Below are positions 48,625 through 60,639 of a stretch of 64,000 nt of DNA, piece after piece. The position numbers were made by a program, and so were the translations under genes. Positions within the stretch are counted from its first letter, which is position 1. Each line of letters begins with the position of its first letter. This stretch comes from Macrostomum hystrix (lineage: Eukaryota; Animalia; Platyhelminthes): contig CATNEN010000025.1 in NCBI GenBank assembly GCA_950097015.1, positions 1,984,001 through 2,048,000 on the forward strand, given 5' to 3'. The notes under the pieces are model-generated. The model made no database searches, was not told where the DNA came from, and saw nothing but the letters and a program-made list of their open reading frames with translations.

Positions 48625-49236
48625 TTAGCAGAAAGCCACCTGAATTCGAAACAGGCTGCAGTTGATAACGCCCGGGTTGCCAGCCGGCGCTGGCTGCAGT
48701 CCGCAGCAGGCGTAGCGCCTGTCTGAGTCCAGGCAGGCCAGCGGCGCCACCGTCAGCTCGCACTGCTGCATCGGCCGGCCAGTCAGGGCGCTGCTGTACG
48801 GAACCAGGCGTATCTGGCACCGGCCCCCGGTTCTGAGCGGCAGGGTGTCAGCCGCGCCCGATTCATCCTTCTGTCCACGTCGGCTAGCGTTGAAGCAGAC
48901 GAACACGGTGCCGTCTGGCTGGTCGGCCAGGTGAAACTCGGCCGAGTCGCCGGGCAGGCCGATTGTGTCCACGATTGACACGGAGCGGCTGGCTGTGGCG
49001 GCTTCGAAGGCCAAGCTGGCCAACTCGCTGCTCCAGTCTCCATTGTTGAGCTCCATGCGTTTCAGTAGCAGCAGAGCCCGGCTCAGAGTGCCGGGAGCCG
49101 ACTTGGCCCTCAGCTCGGAGATGGCGGATTCAATCTGGGCCTGCGTTGGTGCGTCGGCTCCAGCGCAATGGGCTGTTGAGGCTGTTAGCAGCAGAATGAG
49201 TGCTCCGATCTGTGCCAAAGTAACTTTCAAATTCAT
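48625..49236 (-). CDS. Secreted cysteine-rich protein of unknown function (203 aa)
   Basis: Single GC-rich ORF with signal peptide MNLKVTLAQIGALILLLTASTAHCAG and 8 mature Cys; codon style matches neighbouring exons. Confidence 0.75.
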   Translation of the reverse strand: MNLKVTLAQIGALILLLTASTAHCAGADAPTQAQIESAISELRAKSAPGTLSRALLLLKRMELNNGDWSSELASLAFEAATASRSVSIVDTIGLPGDSAEFHLADQPDGTVFVCFNASRRGQKDESGAADTLPLRTGGRCQIRLVPYSSALTGRPMQQCELTVAPLACLDSDRRYACCGLQPAPAGNPGVINCSLFRIQVAFC

Positions 49237-49574
49237 TTTGTTAGGCCTTGAAAGGTGACAATCCTACCAACTGCCAGGCCTGTCCTAATACAAGCCCTAT
49301 TTATTATTGAGCGGTGCAATTTGATGGCAGTGATTTCTGACACTCCTATAATGTACACCATGTGTGAGAGCTTTAAGGTACGCACATGTATGTACATATT
49401 GGCGATTGTACGTCGGTGGCATTTACTCAAGTTGACTCATGCCATAATTTGGCCAAACGCTGGCGGCCAAGGCTGTTCGACGTTTTCTCGTACTGTGCTA
49501 TGCATATTGAAGGACGCTACAAACTGGGAACTTCAAATATTCTCATGTTTTCACATTCTCTCTCAAGATCTGCC

Positions 49575-50310
49575 CTCATTCAGCCACTCAGGATTCATTC
49601 AGCCAGTCCCTCAGGATTCATTCAGCCAGTCCCTCAGGATTCATTCAGCCAGTCCCTCAGGATTCATTCAGCCAATCCCTCAGGATTCATTCAGCCAATA
49701 CCTCAGGATTCATTCAGCCACTCAGGATTCATTCAGCCAATCCCTCAGGATTCATTCAGCCAGTCCCTCAGGATTCATTCAGCCAATCCCTCAGGATTCA
49801 TTCAGCCAATCCCTCAGGATTCATTCAGCCAATCCCTCAGGATTCATTCAGCCAATCCCTCAGGATTCATTCAGCCAATACCTCAGGATTCATTCAGCCA
49901 GTCCCTCAGGATTCATTCAGCCAATCCCTCAGGATTCATTCAGCCAATCCCTCAGGATTCATTCAGCCAATACCTCAGGATTCATTCAGCCAGTCCCTCA
50001 GGATTCATTCAGCCAATCCCTCAGGATTCATTCAGCCAATCCCTCAGGATTCATTCAGCCAATACCTCAGGATTCATTCAGCCAATCCCTCAGGATTCAT
50101 TCAGCCAATACCTCAGGATTCATTCAGCCAATCCCTCAGGATTCATTCAGCCAATACCTCAGGATTCCTTCAGCCAGTCCCTCAGGATTCATTCAGCCAA
50201 TACCTCAGGATTCATTCAGCCACTCAGGATTCATTCAGCCAGTCCCTCAGGATTCATTCAGCCAATACCTCAGGATTCATTCAGCCAATCCCTCAGGATT
50301 CGTTCAGACA
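49575..50310. repeat. 23-bp minisatellite (CTCAGGATTCATTCAGCCA(A/G)TCC)
   Basis: About 32 tandem units. Confidence 0.95.
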
Positions 50311-50769
50311 GTCCCTCAGAATTTCGAGCCAATATCTAAAGACATCTTTTCGCTTCTTTTTTTTAACAATATAAGTTGGTTATTTTCGTTTTATCACTAG
50401 TTGTTTAGTTGAATAAGCATTATATTCAATTTGACCTTATAATGGCCATGTCATTGTTAAATTTTGTAAACAACTTATAGTAGAGCTAGTCAAACTGCTT
50501 TGATGCTGAAATTACGCAATAATTACCTGCTGCAATAAAGGCTGAACATTGTTCTCATGGACAATGTGAGCTCACTGGACCAGAGTAGCTTGTAGATAAA
50601 AGAAAGAATCTTAATGTCGAATAGTTTTCACGTTTTTCATATTTTTGCATGGTTATGCAATATTTTGCTGGCGGATCAATTTATATAGAAATTGCGTTTC
50701 AATGCTTACAATTTTGACACATTGGGTCGGCAGTTTTGACAGCTGTGACACTATCAGATAGAAAATGTT

Positions 50770-51238
50770 GACAGCTGTCATGTTAGCTAGACAGTTTTAA
50801 CAGCTGTGATACATTTGGTGGACAGTTTAAACAGCTGTGATACATTTGGTGGACAGTTTAAACAGCTGTGACACATTGGGTGGACAGTTAAAACAGCTGT
50901 GATACATTGGGTGGACAGTTTAAACAGCTGTGATACATTGGGTGGACCGTTTAAACAGCTGTGACACATTGGGTGGACAGTTTAAACAGCTGTGACACAT
51001 TGGGTGGACAGTTTAAACAGCTGTGACACATTGGGTGGACGGTTTTAACAGCTGTGATACATTTGGTGGACAGTTTAAACAGCTGTGATACATTGGGTGG
51101 ACAGTTTAAACAGCTGTGATACATTTGGTGGACAGTTTAAACAGCTGTGACACATTGGGTGGACAGTTTAAACAGCTGTGATACATTGGGTGGACAGTTA
51201 AAACAGCTGTGATACATTTTGTGGATAGTTTTAACAGC
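50770..51238. repeat. 31-bp minisatellite (GTGGACAGTTTAAACAGCTGTGATACATTGG)
   Basis: About 15 units. Confidence 0.94.
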
Positions 51239-51787
51239 TCTGACTCCCTCAGGGAAATGATCTAATAGGCTTAGTTGCAATCGAATTGCAAAGCAACACT
51301 GTAAGCCTCTGTAAGAAAACTTAGGTAATTATTATACCTTGAAATAATTTACTGATGTACGAGGTATCTCTTTGATGTCACCTTTAAACGTGAATCCTTT
51401 AAACGAATCTAACCAAAATAGCAATAAATGAATGAAGGAGAGAGTTTTAACAAGAACTGATTAAAAGGCTGTGTCCAGTAGTCCTTGTTAGGTTAAAGGT
51501 AACCCGGCAGCATGGAGCAGCCATTCAATGTTTAATGATTTTAATTTTAAATTAATTCAATTGATTAAATATTAATTAATTTTAGTCCACTAACGTCATT
51601 CAATGTCATGCGCGTTTATCAAGTGTATTTTGATTTTACTTCGCAAACTTAAAACAAACAACTACACAAAAAAGTTATAAAAATATAAAACGAGCTAGCA
51701 AAATGACAAGGTGAACAGCAGAAATATATTTAATGTCCCCACCTGTACTAATTTGCATTAACTCACCGCGTTGAGTTAGCCCGTTGT

Positions 51788-52192
51788 CAACCTGTTTTAA
51801 TCAGCCTTCTCTTACCTCTTCGATTAGTTAAGCGACGAAAACGACGAAAGCCTTCTCTCACCTCTTCGATTAGTTAAGCGACAACAAACCCACCTGTTTT
51901 AATCAGCCTTATCTCACCTCTTCGATTAGTTAAGCGACGAAAACCCCACCTGTTTTAATTAGCCTTATCTCACCTCTTTAATTAGTTAAGCGACGAAAAC
52001 CCCACCTGTTTTAATCAGACTTCTGTCACCTCTTCGATCTAGTTAAGCGACAACAACCCCACCTGTTTTAATCAGCCTTATCTCACCTCTTCGATTAGTT
52101 AAGCGACGAAAACCCCACCTGTTTTAATTAGCCTTCTCTCACCTCTTCGATTAGTTAAGCGACGACAACCCCACCTGTTTTAATCAGCCTCC
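51788..52192. repeat. 56-bp tandem repeat, about 7 copies
   Basis: CCACCTGTTTTAATCAGCCTTATCTCACCTCTTCGATTAGTTAAGCGACGAAAACC. Confidence 0.93.
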
Positions 52193-52267
52193 TCTCCCAT
52201 TTGCTATATTTGACATTCAAGTAATCAATGAAACTATATATGTTATAATAGTCGCGATTTGGGGCCT

Positions 52268-55200
52268 CTACAATCCAAATAGGATTGGGATCTTAGCCGT
52301 GACGCTGTCATTCTCTTCTTCGGTTAATTCGCCAACATCGGGCAGTGCAGCCGAGTCGGTGGAGGCACCCAGTTTGCCTTTGTGGGCAACGCCGGAGACA
52401 GCGGAAGACAAGGAATCGACATTGGAGACCAGAGCCGCCAACAGAAGGGCTCTCTGTTCGGGCTGAGCAGCTGAGAAGCAGTTCGCTGCAGCGGCGAGGC
52501 TGTTCAGCACTCGCAGCACCGCCGACTCCTGGTTGCCTACCTGGTGCTGCAGGAGGCTTTGACGAAGCTCTGCAGGTTGTGGAGTTTTTGTGGTAGGATT
52601 ACCTCCTTGGAATTAAGCACGAATCAGGACTTTATGGAATTTGGGTGACTTTATGGAATTTGGATGACTTTATGGAATTTGGATGACTTTATGGAATTTG
52701 GATGACTTTATGGAATTTGGATGACTTTATGGAATTTGGATGACTTTATGGAATTTGGATGAAATTTGGGTGACTTAATGGAATTTGGGTGACTTTATGG
52801 AATTTTGAATGATTTTATGGAATTTGGATGACTTTATGGAATTTGGATGATTTTATGGAATTTGGATGATTTTATGGAATTTGGATGACTTTATGGAATT
52901 TGGATGACTTTATGGAATTTGGATGATTTTATGGAATTTGGATGACTTTATGGAATTTGTATGACTTTATGGAATTTGGATGACTTTATGGAATTTGGAT
53001 GACTTTATGGAATTTGGATGACTTTATGGAATTTGGATGACTTTATGGAATTTGGGTGACTTAATGGAATTTGGGTGACTTTATGGAATTTGGATGATTT
53101 TATGGAATTCGGATGACTTTATGGAATTTGGATGATTTTATGGAATTCGGATGACTTTATGGAATTTGGATGACTTTATGGAATTCGGATGACTTTATGG
53201 AATTCGGATGACTTTATGGAATTTGGATGAAATTTGGGTGACTTAATGGAATTTGGATGAAATTTGGGTGACTTAATGGAATTTGGGTGACTTTATGGAA
53301 TTTGGATGAAATTTGGGTGACTTAATGGAATTTGGATGATTTTATGGAATTTGGGTGACTTTATGGAATTTGGATGAAATTTGGGTGACTTTATGGAATT
53401 TGGGTGACTTTATGGAATTTGGATGATTTTATGGAATTCGGATGACTTTATGGAATTTGGATGACTTTATGGAATTCGGATGACTTTATGGAATTCGGAT
53501 GACTTTATGGAATTTGGATGAAATTTGGGTGACTTAATGGAATTTGGATGAAATTTGGGTGACTTAATGGAATTTGGGTGACTTTATGGAATTTGGATGA
53601 AATTTGGGTGACTTAATGGAATTTGGATGATTTTATGGAATTTGGGTGACTTTATGGAATTTGGATGAAATTTGGGTGACTTTATGGAATTTGGGTGACT
53701 TTATGGAATTTGGGTGACTTTATGGAATTTGGGTGAATTAATGGAATTTGGGTGACTTAATGGAATTTGGGTGACTTAATGGAATTTGGGTGACTTTATG
53801 GAATTTGGGTGACTTAATGGAATTTGGGTGACTTTATGGAATTTGGATGAAATTTGGGTGACTTTATGGAATTTGGGTGACTTTATGGAATTCGGATGAC
53901 TTTATGGAATTTGGATGACTTTATGGAATTTGGATGAAATTTGGGTGACTTTATGGAATTTGGGTGACTTTATGGAATTCGGATGACTTTATGGAATTCG
54001 GATGACTTTATGGAATTCGGATGACTTTATGGAATTCGGATGACTTTATGGAATTCGGATGACTTTATGGAATTCGGATGACTTTATGGAATTTGGATGA
54101 AATTTGGGTGACTTAATGAAATTTGGATGACTTTATGGAATTTGGATGACTTTATGGAATTTGGATGACTTTATGGAATTTGGATGAAATTTGGGTGACT
54201 TTATGGAATTTGGATGACTTTATGGAATTCGGATGACTTTATGGAATTCGGATGACTTTATGGAATTTGGATGAAATTTGGGTGACTTAATGAAATTTGG
54301 ATGACTTTATGGAATTTGGATGACTTTATGGAATTTGGATGACTTTATGGAATTTGGATGAAATTTGGGTGACTTTATGGAATTTGGATGACTTTATGGA
54401 ATTTGGATGACTTTATGGAATTTGGATGACTTTATGGAATTTGGATGACTTTATGGAATTTGGGTGACTTAATGGAATTTGGATGACTTTATGGAATTTG
54501 GATGACTTTATGGAATTTGGATGAAATTTGGGTGACTTTATGGAATTTGGGTGACTTTATGGAATTCGGATGACTTTATGGAATTCGGATGACTTTATGG
54601 AATTCGGATGACTTTATGGAATTCGGATGACTTTATGGAATTCGGATGACTTTATGGAATTTGGATGAAATTTGGGTGACTTAATGAAATTTGGATGACT
54701 TTATGGAATTTGGATGACTTTATGGAATTTGGATGACTTTATGGAATTTGGATGAAATTTGGGTGACTTTATGGAATTTGGATGACTTTATGGAATTTGG
54801 ATGACTTTATGGAATTTGGATGACTTTATGGAATTTGGATGAAATTTGGGTGACTTTATGGAATTTGGATGACTTTATGGAATTTGGATGACTTTATGGA
54901 ATTTGGATGAAATTTGGGTGACTTTATGGAATTTGGATGACTTTATGGAATTTGGATGACTTTATGGAATTTGGATGACTTTATGGAATTTGGATGAAAT
55001 TTGGGTGACTTTATGGAATTTGGATGACTTTATGGAATTTGGATGACTTTATGGAATTTGGATGACTTTATGGAATTTGGATGAAATTTGGGTGACTTAA
55101 TGGAATTTGGATGACTTTATGGAATTTGGATGATTTTATGGAATTTGGATGACTTTATGGAATTTGGATGACTTTATGGAATTCGGATGACTTTTCGGAC

Positions 55201-58200
55201 TTTAGATTTGGATGTGACTTTGGACCTAGTGAATAAGTACATATACATCCATAGGAATATCTATTGCAATAGAGCTATTGTTAAAGAATGTGAATTCATG
55301 CCTACACTTTATGCTATTTATTCACGCTTCACAATGCTAAAACAATTCTGCTTTTCATCATTTTATTACTCCAACACTGACCTAATTTTTGTTAAACTTT
55401 TAACTAATTCGAGTAATTTATTTAGTTTAAATATTTCTAAATAAGTATGCAAATATGGGAGCCTGTACGCAGGGCTGAGAACACTTTAGGCGAGCTAGAA
55501 ATTCTCTGTCGCACAGAAAGCTATCAGCTATTTAGAGTTTTCTGCTGGTCTCTGGGCAGCACAGTTGAAAACGTGCCCGGCCACGTGAAGCGTGCTATGG
55601 AACAGCAAGGCGTGTGCCGTGACAGTTTAATGCTTCAGTTTTGTAGGGCTTAACAAAGCCTGATTGAGCTCAAATTCAACTCTATTCAAGTTCTCAACTA
55701 ACTCACTTTTTTTGCTGTTCCATTCGTATAACAATTAACCTAAACTTGCAGCCCCTGCGGCTCCAGAAATTTTTGATGCCCCAGAAATTTTTTCTCTACT
55801 CTGCCCCTCTGTCGGGGCATAGCCATTTATTGTATTCAACAGCAAAGATTGTCATTCTTTCAGAGCGGACGAAAAGAAGCTGCTGCTACTAATACATATA
55901 ATGCATATAGTGAGCCAATTCAAGACTAGACAATAATGGCATCTAGTTATTTTGTATCATCGCTATACCTGCTAGCGATATTGCTGCTATTTTATTTGAA
56001 TTAAGAAAATCTGATTTACTTCATGCTTAAAGATGAGGGTATTCCCTGTCATTTCACTAAGTTACTGACTGTTCTTTGACGGAGCTACTCCCATTGCATT
56101 TCAACCGAGTTGCTCCTTTTTATTTCAGGAGGGCTTCGGGCAATGGCACATCATTTGGTGGCACTAGACCAGCAGCCAGCGAGGAGGCAATTTCACTGTG
56201 CCTTGGAGGTTGCCTTGGAGGTTGGCCCTCAAGGGCGTAAATTGCACGACAAGCCCCCAAGCCTTCTCTCCGCGGCTGCGCCCCAATTCAATGTTGCCTT
56301 GCCGAGGAATCGAGCTCAGGGACCTTGGTGCGAGAGGCAAAAGCGTTAACCGCTCTGCCACTCACCCCCGAGCTACTCCCTTATCTACTCTTGTCCTTCG
56401 ATAGAGCTACTCCCTGTCCAACGAAGCTATTCTACCTTTTTTCAATTAAACTACTCGCTGGTTCTTGGATGGAGCTGCAGAAAAAAGCATCTCTTTTATG
56501 CAGATAGAGGCAGTACATTCCAAAGCCAACTTACCGTCCATGGGTTCGTCTCCCATCAGCAAGATGGCGTCCCGAATAACATCTCGCCTGGTTTCTATGA
56601 CGCAGCTCATCAGCTGGCTGCACATACTGCTTATTAGCGTCACCAGAGGTTCTGACAATGTTTAAAAGTTTCAGATTTGGATGTTCAGTAAAGTTATTGC
56701 CGTATTTTCTAGTCATGCGATTCTATCGAAAATGATAAAAAGTTAAGCCTCACCAAACCGGTCAAGCAGTGGCTCAAATTCAAACTCTCGACCCTGCAGC
56801 AGTCGCTTTTTGAGTCGATCGACCAGCAAACCAGCCAGCGACTCGCCCGCCGGCGCTGCCCCATTGTGGCTGCCGACGGCTGCCAGAAAATGCCGCGCCG
56901 TCGAGGCTAGCAGAATCGGCGTCCAGTTTGAAGCGGCGGCGCCAAAGCTTCCGGCTCGATCCCGCCGACGCTCTAGGCGTCGCTTGTTCCAGCGAAAGAT
57001 GCCAGCCAGACAGGAGCGCTCAAGGTCTGTTAGGCGAGCAGCCAGACCTTCCGGTGACTCCAGAGGGATCAGTGCGTTTCTGACAATGTCTATGGCAATC
57101 GGCAGCTCCAGGTGCGGATGACTATCAAGCGCCAGCAGATCGTGCGGCGTCAGTGTGCGTCCAACTGCGTCGTCGTCCCAGAAGGCGTCAAACTGGCTGC
57201 CCTCGGTGTCAGTTGGGCTGGGCAGCGATGGTCGCGGAGTCTCGGCCTGGCTGGAGGACTGCTCAGTCAGCTGCAGCAGGTCCTCAGCCTCTTGTCGAGT
57301 CCATTGACGCTGAGTCTGTGGTATTGAGGCGGTGTCGATGAGGCTTCGTCCTTGTCAGAATAATTTCCCTGGCGTGCTAATCAAGCAACTAATTGATAAA
57401 TTTGAGCGTAATGAAGAATTGGTAAAAATACACAGGTATTTATAGTGAGAGGTTGGGTGGCAGAGCCTTTCACCAGTTTGCCTCTCGCACCAAGGTCTTT
57501 GAGTTTGATTCCGCGGTGATCCACTTTCTTTTGGGGCGCAGCCGGGAAGAGAAGGCTTGGGGGCTTGTCGTGAAATCTACACACCCGAGGAGTCTGATAC
57601 TGAGAAAGTCAGGTCAGATGTGCATACCTGTGTGAGTGTGTGCCTGCGTACGGTGTTCTTTGCATGGGTCTACTGTCGTGATATTGTGTTGTTACCCACA
57701 GCCCTCCTGACAAAATTTTATACCTTTTTGGACTGTGTATTGAAACTTTGTCAACTTAAATAATTGAGCACACTTCGTGAGCTTACATGTTGTTGGGAAT
57801 GCACTGCCGCAACGGTTGCTGGTAAAAACGCCCGGGTCTTGCTGACGGCTGCAATCAGACCATTGATTGGCAAATGTTATGTTTGTGATTGGTAAAGCGT
57901 TTGTTTGGCTATTTTGAACTAAATACAGCACCTATACAATGTCTTAATTTGAGCAATGTTGCTCTTTAAAGCCAGTCATTTGAGTACACACTGAGGAGCG
58001 TTTTCAATGACTCACCGCTGACAATCATTCCAGCGTCCAGGCACTTGTCCCATCGGCAGCCCTGGCAGTGGTTCCTTCGCAGCAGTCGCAGGTCGCACGC
58101 TCGACTGAAGTGACAGTCGTAGATGTGCCGGTCTCTGACCGAATGCTCGAAGAACACCTTACAGCTGCGGACCAAGAGTGCAAATAGGTACTTTTTAGTT

Positions 58201-58582
58201 TACATTTGCGCAAAATATGCTCTAAAAATTGTAAAAAACATAAAGCTTAAGCTCACCTATCACAGGTAACAGCCCCGTAATGTCTGCCGGAGGCCGTATC
58301 ACTACATACGGCACACGCTTCGTTAGCACTGTTGAAATCCATGCCACCACAGCTGGTGTCCTGTGGACTGAGGCCGCGCTTTCGGCGGGCTAGTCGGCTG
58401 GTGCGGGCAGAGTCTCGGCCGACAAACGCCTGCGGACAGACTGCGATGCCGCAGGCAGCCAAGCTACAGCTGGTTCGATCCTTGACAAATCGAACACCCA
58501 ACTGGCCGAAGGCACGATTAATCATTGCGCTGCTGCTGCTGTAGTGACCTCTGTCACTGCGGCAACTAGCTGGGTCTGTCAT
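52268..58582 (-). CDS. Nuclear hormone receptor, divergent (about 505 aa)
   Basis: Exons 58582-58257, 58164-58016, 57848-57787, 57315-56754, 56651-56535, 52569-52268, all phases compatible. C4 fingers [25 protein letters not shown] and CHFSRACDLRLLRRNHCQGCRWDKCLDAGM, T-box-like AVSKTR. The helical C-terminal region is a presumed LBD and its exons are less certain. Confidence 0.85.
52630..55200. repeat. 19-bp minisatellite (GGATGACTTTATGGAATTT)
   Basis: 2.6 kb array in the last nuclear receptor intron. Confidence 0.96.
56117..56369 (-). mobile_element. SINE family 1, copy 5 (internal deletion)
   Basis: Head, proximal body and 3' part present; middle segment missing. Confidence 0.87.
57449..57722 (+). 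mobile_element. SINE family 1, copy 6 (diverged)
   Basis: TGGCAGAGC...TTTGATTCCGCGG...GGCTTGGGGGCTTGTCGTG...CCCACAGCCCTCCTG. Confidence 0.8.
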
Positions 58583-59299
58583 TTTTTCTTGCTGGTCGAC
58601 GTCTCTTTTGTTGAGTCTAATTCAGCAACGAGAGTGGTATTATACTAACAGCTAACCTTAGTGGCGTCTCTAAACTTTTTTTCGGGACGAACAAGCCACT
58701 TGCTTATTGGGCACGTGGCTGCAGTCTTGAGTGGGGCACGAGGTAGACCTTCACAAAAGGCATTGTCTGTTACCGACCAGCCCCTTTGCAGCCACCCCAA
58801 TCTGGTATCTGACAGGCCAGCATTCACCCCAAACGCAAGTCCGCCAGCTACCCACTTGTCTCGCACTACGAGTATTCGCCCAGTAAAATAAATTGCAGCG
58901 CAGAATCTGTCTCACCCCCGATTCATGTCGAGGACCCCTCGAGCCATGACTAGACAGTCATAAGAGGTAATCTAACAATACAAAGCTTTTGAGTCATTGA
59001 ACTGTCTCCTACAACTCTACTGAATTGTCCTTAACTTGGCCAGTTGAGAGTTTAAAAAGAGTTTAAAAGTGTAGCCAAAGAGCAGCAGCCTTGTGCCGAC
59101 TAGCCCTCGTTGCGTTGTCCTCTGTCTCATTCTTGAGTATTCGCACTGCATAAATTCGTTGCTATTAATGGCCTACTCTGTTAAAAGTATATTGCTTACC
59201 ATAGCAAAGCTTTTATAAGACCTTGTACTGTAGTAGATAGTGTTTTCGACTAGACTTGGTTGTCATTGGTACGATTTGTTGTACCAACGTTTGTCAAGT

Positions 59300-59520
59300 T
59301 GCAAGTTAGTCTAGTGGTTTCACAACTTAAAGGTTGGGGGTTCAATTCCACTCTCCACTGGAACAATTTTTGTAATTAAGCAAGGCTTCAGTTCACCCAG
59401 TTGTTAAATGGGTAACCGGCATCAGCTGGGGGTAATTGAGGGTGGGTGTGGCGTCCCCCCAGTCCATGGACTGAACAGCCGTACGCAGTTATGGGGTAGA
59501 TGTAATTGCGGCTTCCTTAG
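59300..59520 (+). mobile_element. SINE family 2 copy
   Basis: A-box TAGTCTAGTGG, B-box GGGTTCAATTCC, core CACCCAGTTGTTAAATGGGTAACCGGC. Confidence 0.7.
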
Positions 59521-59967
59521 TTCACGTACTGTTTAGCTAGCTGTACACAGCCTTATGCAGTGGAACACAATAGCTGCGGCTGTGCCACTGGCTGTACATC
59601 AACTACTACTAAACAACTGGATTCGTCTAGATTTAGGCGTAACTAGCATTCGGAGTTGCTCAAATTCGGAGTTGCTCAAATTATTTCCAAATTAGCTAAG
59701 TTTAAAATTCATCACTTTGCTATCCTTTTTTTAACTGGGTTCCCTTAGTTGTATTGTTATCCCGAAATGAGAAATTCCTTCGTCTCAATTAATGTCATGC
59801 AATTATGTTTCTGCATTTTGTCAATTTTGTTAAATCATCATTTTTTGTATTATATTATATTCCGTTTAATGAAGCATTAATGAAGCATGTGGTTTAATGA
59901 ACCACATTTTACATTATATGTGGTTTTCACATCAATGTAATGTTATGTAATGAGCACTAATGAGTCG

Positions 59968-60000
59968 TAACCCTAACCCTAACCCTAACCCTAACCCTAA
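59968..60000. repeat. Interstitial telomeric repeat (TAACCC)5
   Basis: Five perfect units of the reverse complement of TTAGGG. Confidence 0.9.
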
Positions 60001-60639
60001 TGTGTAATTTGTTCTACTAAACTGCCTAACTTATGGCCAGCTGTTTTCTTGCTTCCATAAAAGAACAGTTTTACATTTTTGTTTACGCCTAAAAAAGTAC
60101 CAAAACAATATGGAAAATTTATTTGCGAAAAAATGATAACCTATTTAATACTGCCATTGTGTGGGCAGGGTGGCAATGCGTTGAGGCGGGCACGTTTTTT
60201 ACCTTTTGGAGTGCTGCGCTTATTCTACTCTACTCAGGACTAGCTGCTGCATTGAGCAATGGAATTTAACCTGATTCGCACCTACCTTGCACCCACCCAC
60301 AACCCGAAGCTGCATGAAGCTGCATGAAGCTGCACAAATTCCTACCTTTTTTCAAATGACTGATTAATAAATCTGCAGCCAGCTACCTAAAGCAGAAGAG
60401 CATTTCTTCAAACAGTTTTTACACTTTATTCTTTCTTTGCTAAAGAGACGAAATAACAAAACGAATGCGCATCCATACGATGTCTTTCTAGCTTCTTTCT
60501 AATTAAATTTTTAGAAAGCACATTTGCATTCTGGACTACCTGTGAGTACAGTGCAGTGTTTGGCTAAGTCACTTTTTAGAAGCTTTGAAGACTCTCTTAA
60601 AACTCGGACGTGAGTCAGTCTCACCTCCATGTGCGGCAA

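Noticed and set aside
27185-49236. Secreted ORF 48625-49236 as first exon of receptor B across a 22-kb nested intron
   Set aside because: The phases fit, but a nearer signal-peptide exon with a better donor (GCA|GTAAGA) exists at 27816-27694.
2144-50400. Long repetitive ORFs in the track (e.g. [46 protein letters not shown])
   Set aside because: They are stop-free readings of minisatellites, open in several frames and on both strands, and mostly lie inside introns of well-supported genes.
741-55200. CRISPR arrays
   Set aside because: All 20-60 bp repeats are head-to-tail without unique spacers, there are no cas genes, and the context is eukaryotic.
741-55200. Rule that intronic arrays are purine-rich on the sense strand
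   Set aside because: It holds for receptor A and ZC3H but fails for nicotinamidase and two NTH1 arrays.
55447-55653. 68-aa ORF or extra nuclear receptor exon
   Set aside because: No recognisable motif, and the minus-strand acceptor gives early stops in all phases.
23891-59520. Genuine tRNA genes
   Set aside because: The A/B-box heads run into shared non-tRNA bodies and lack a complete cloverleaf, so they are SINE heads.
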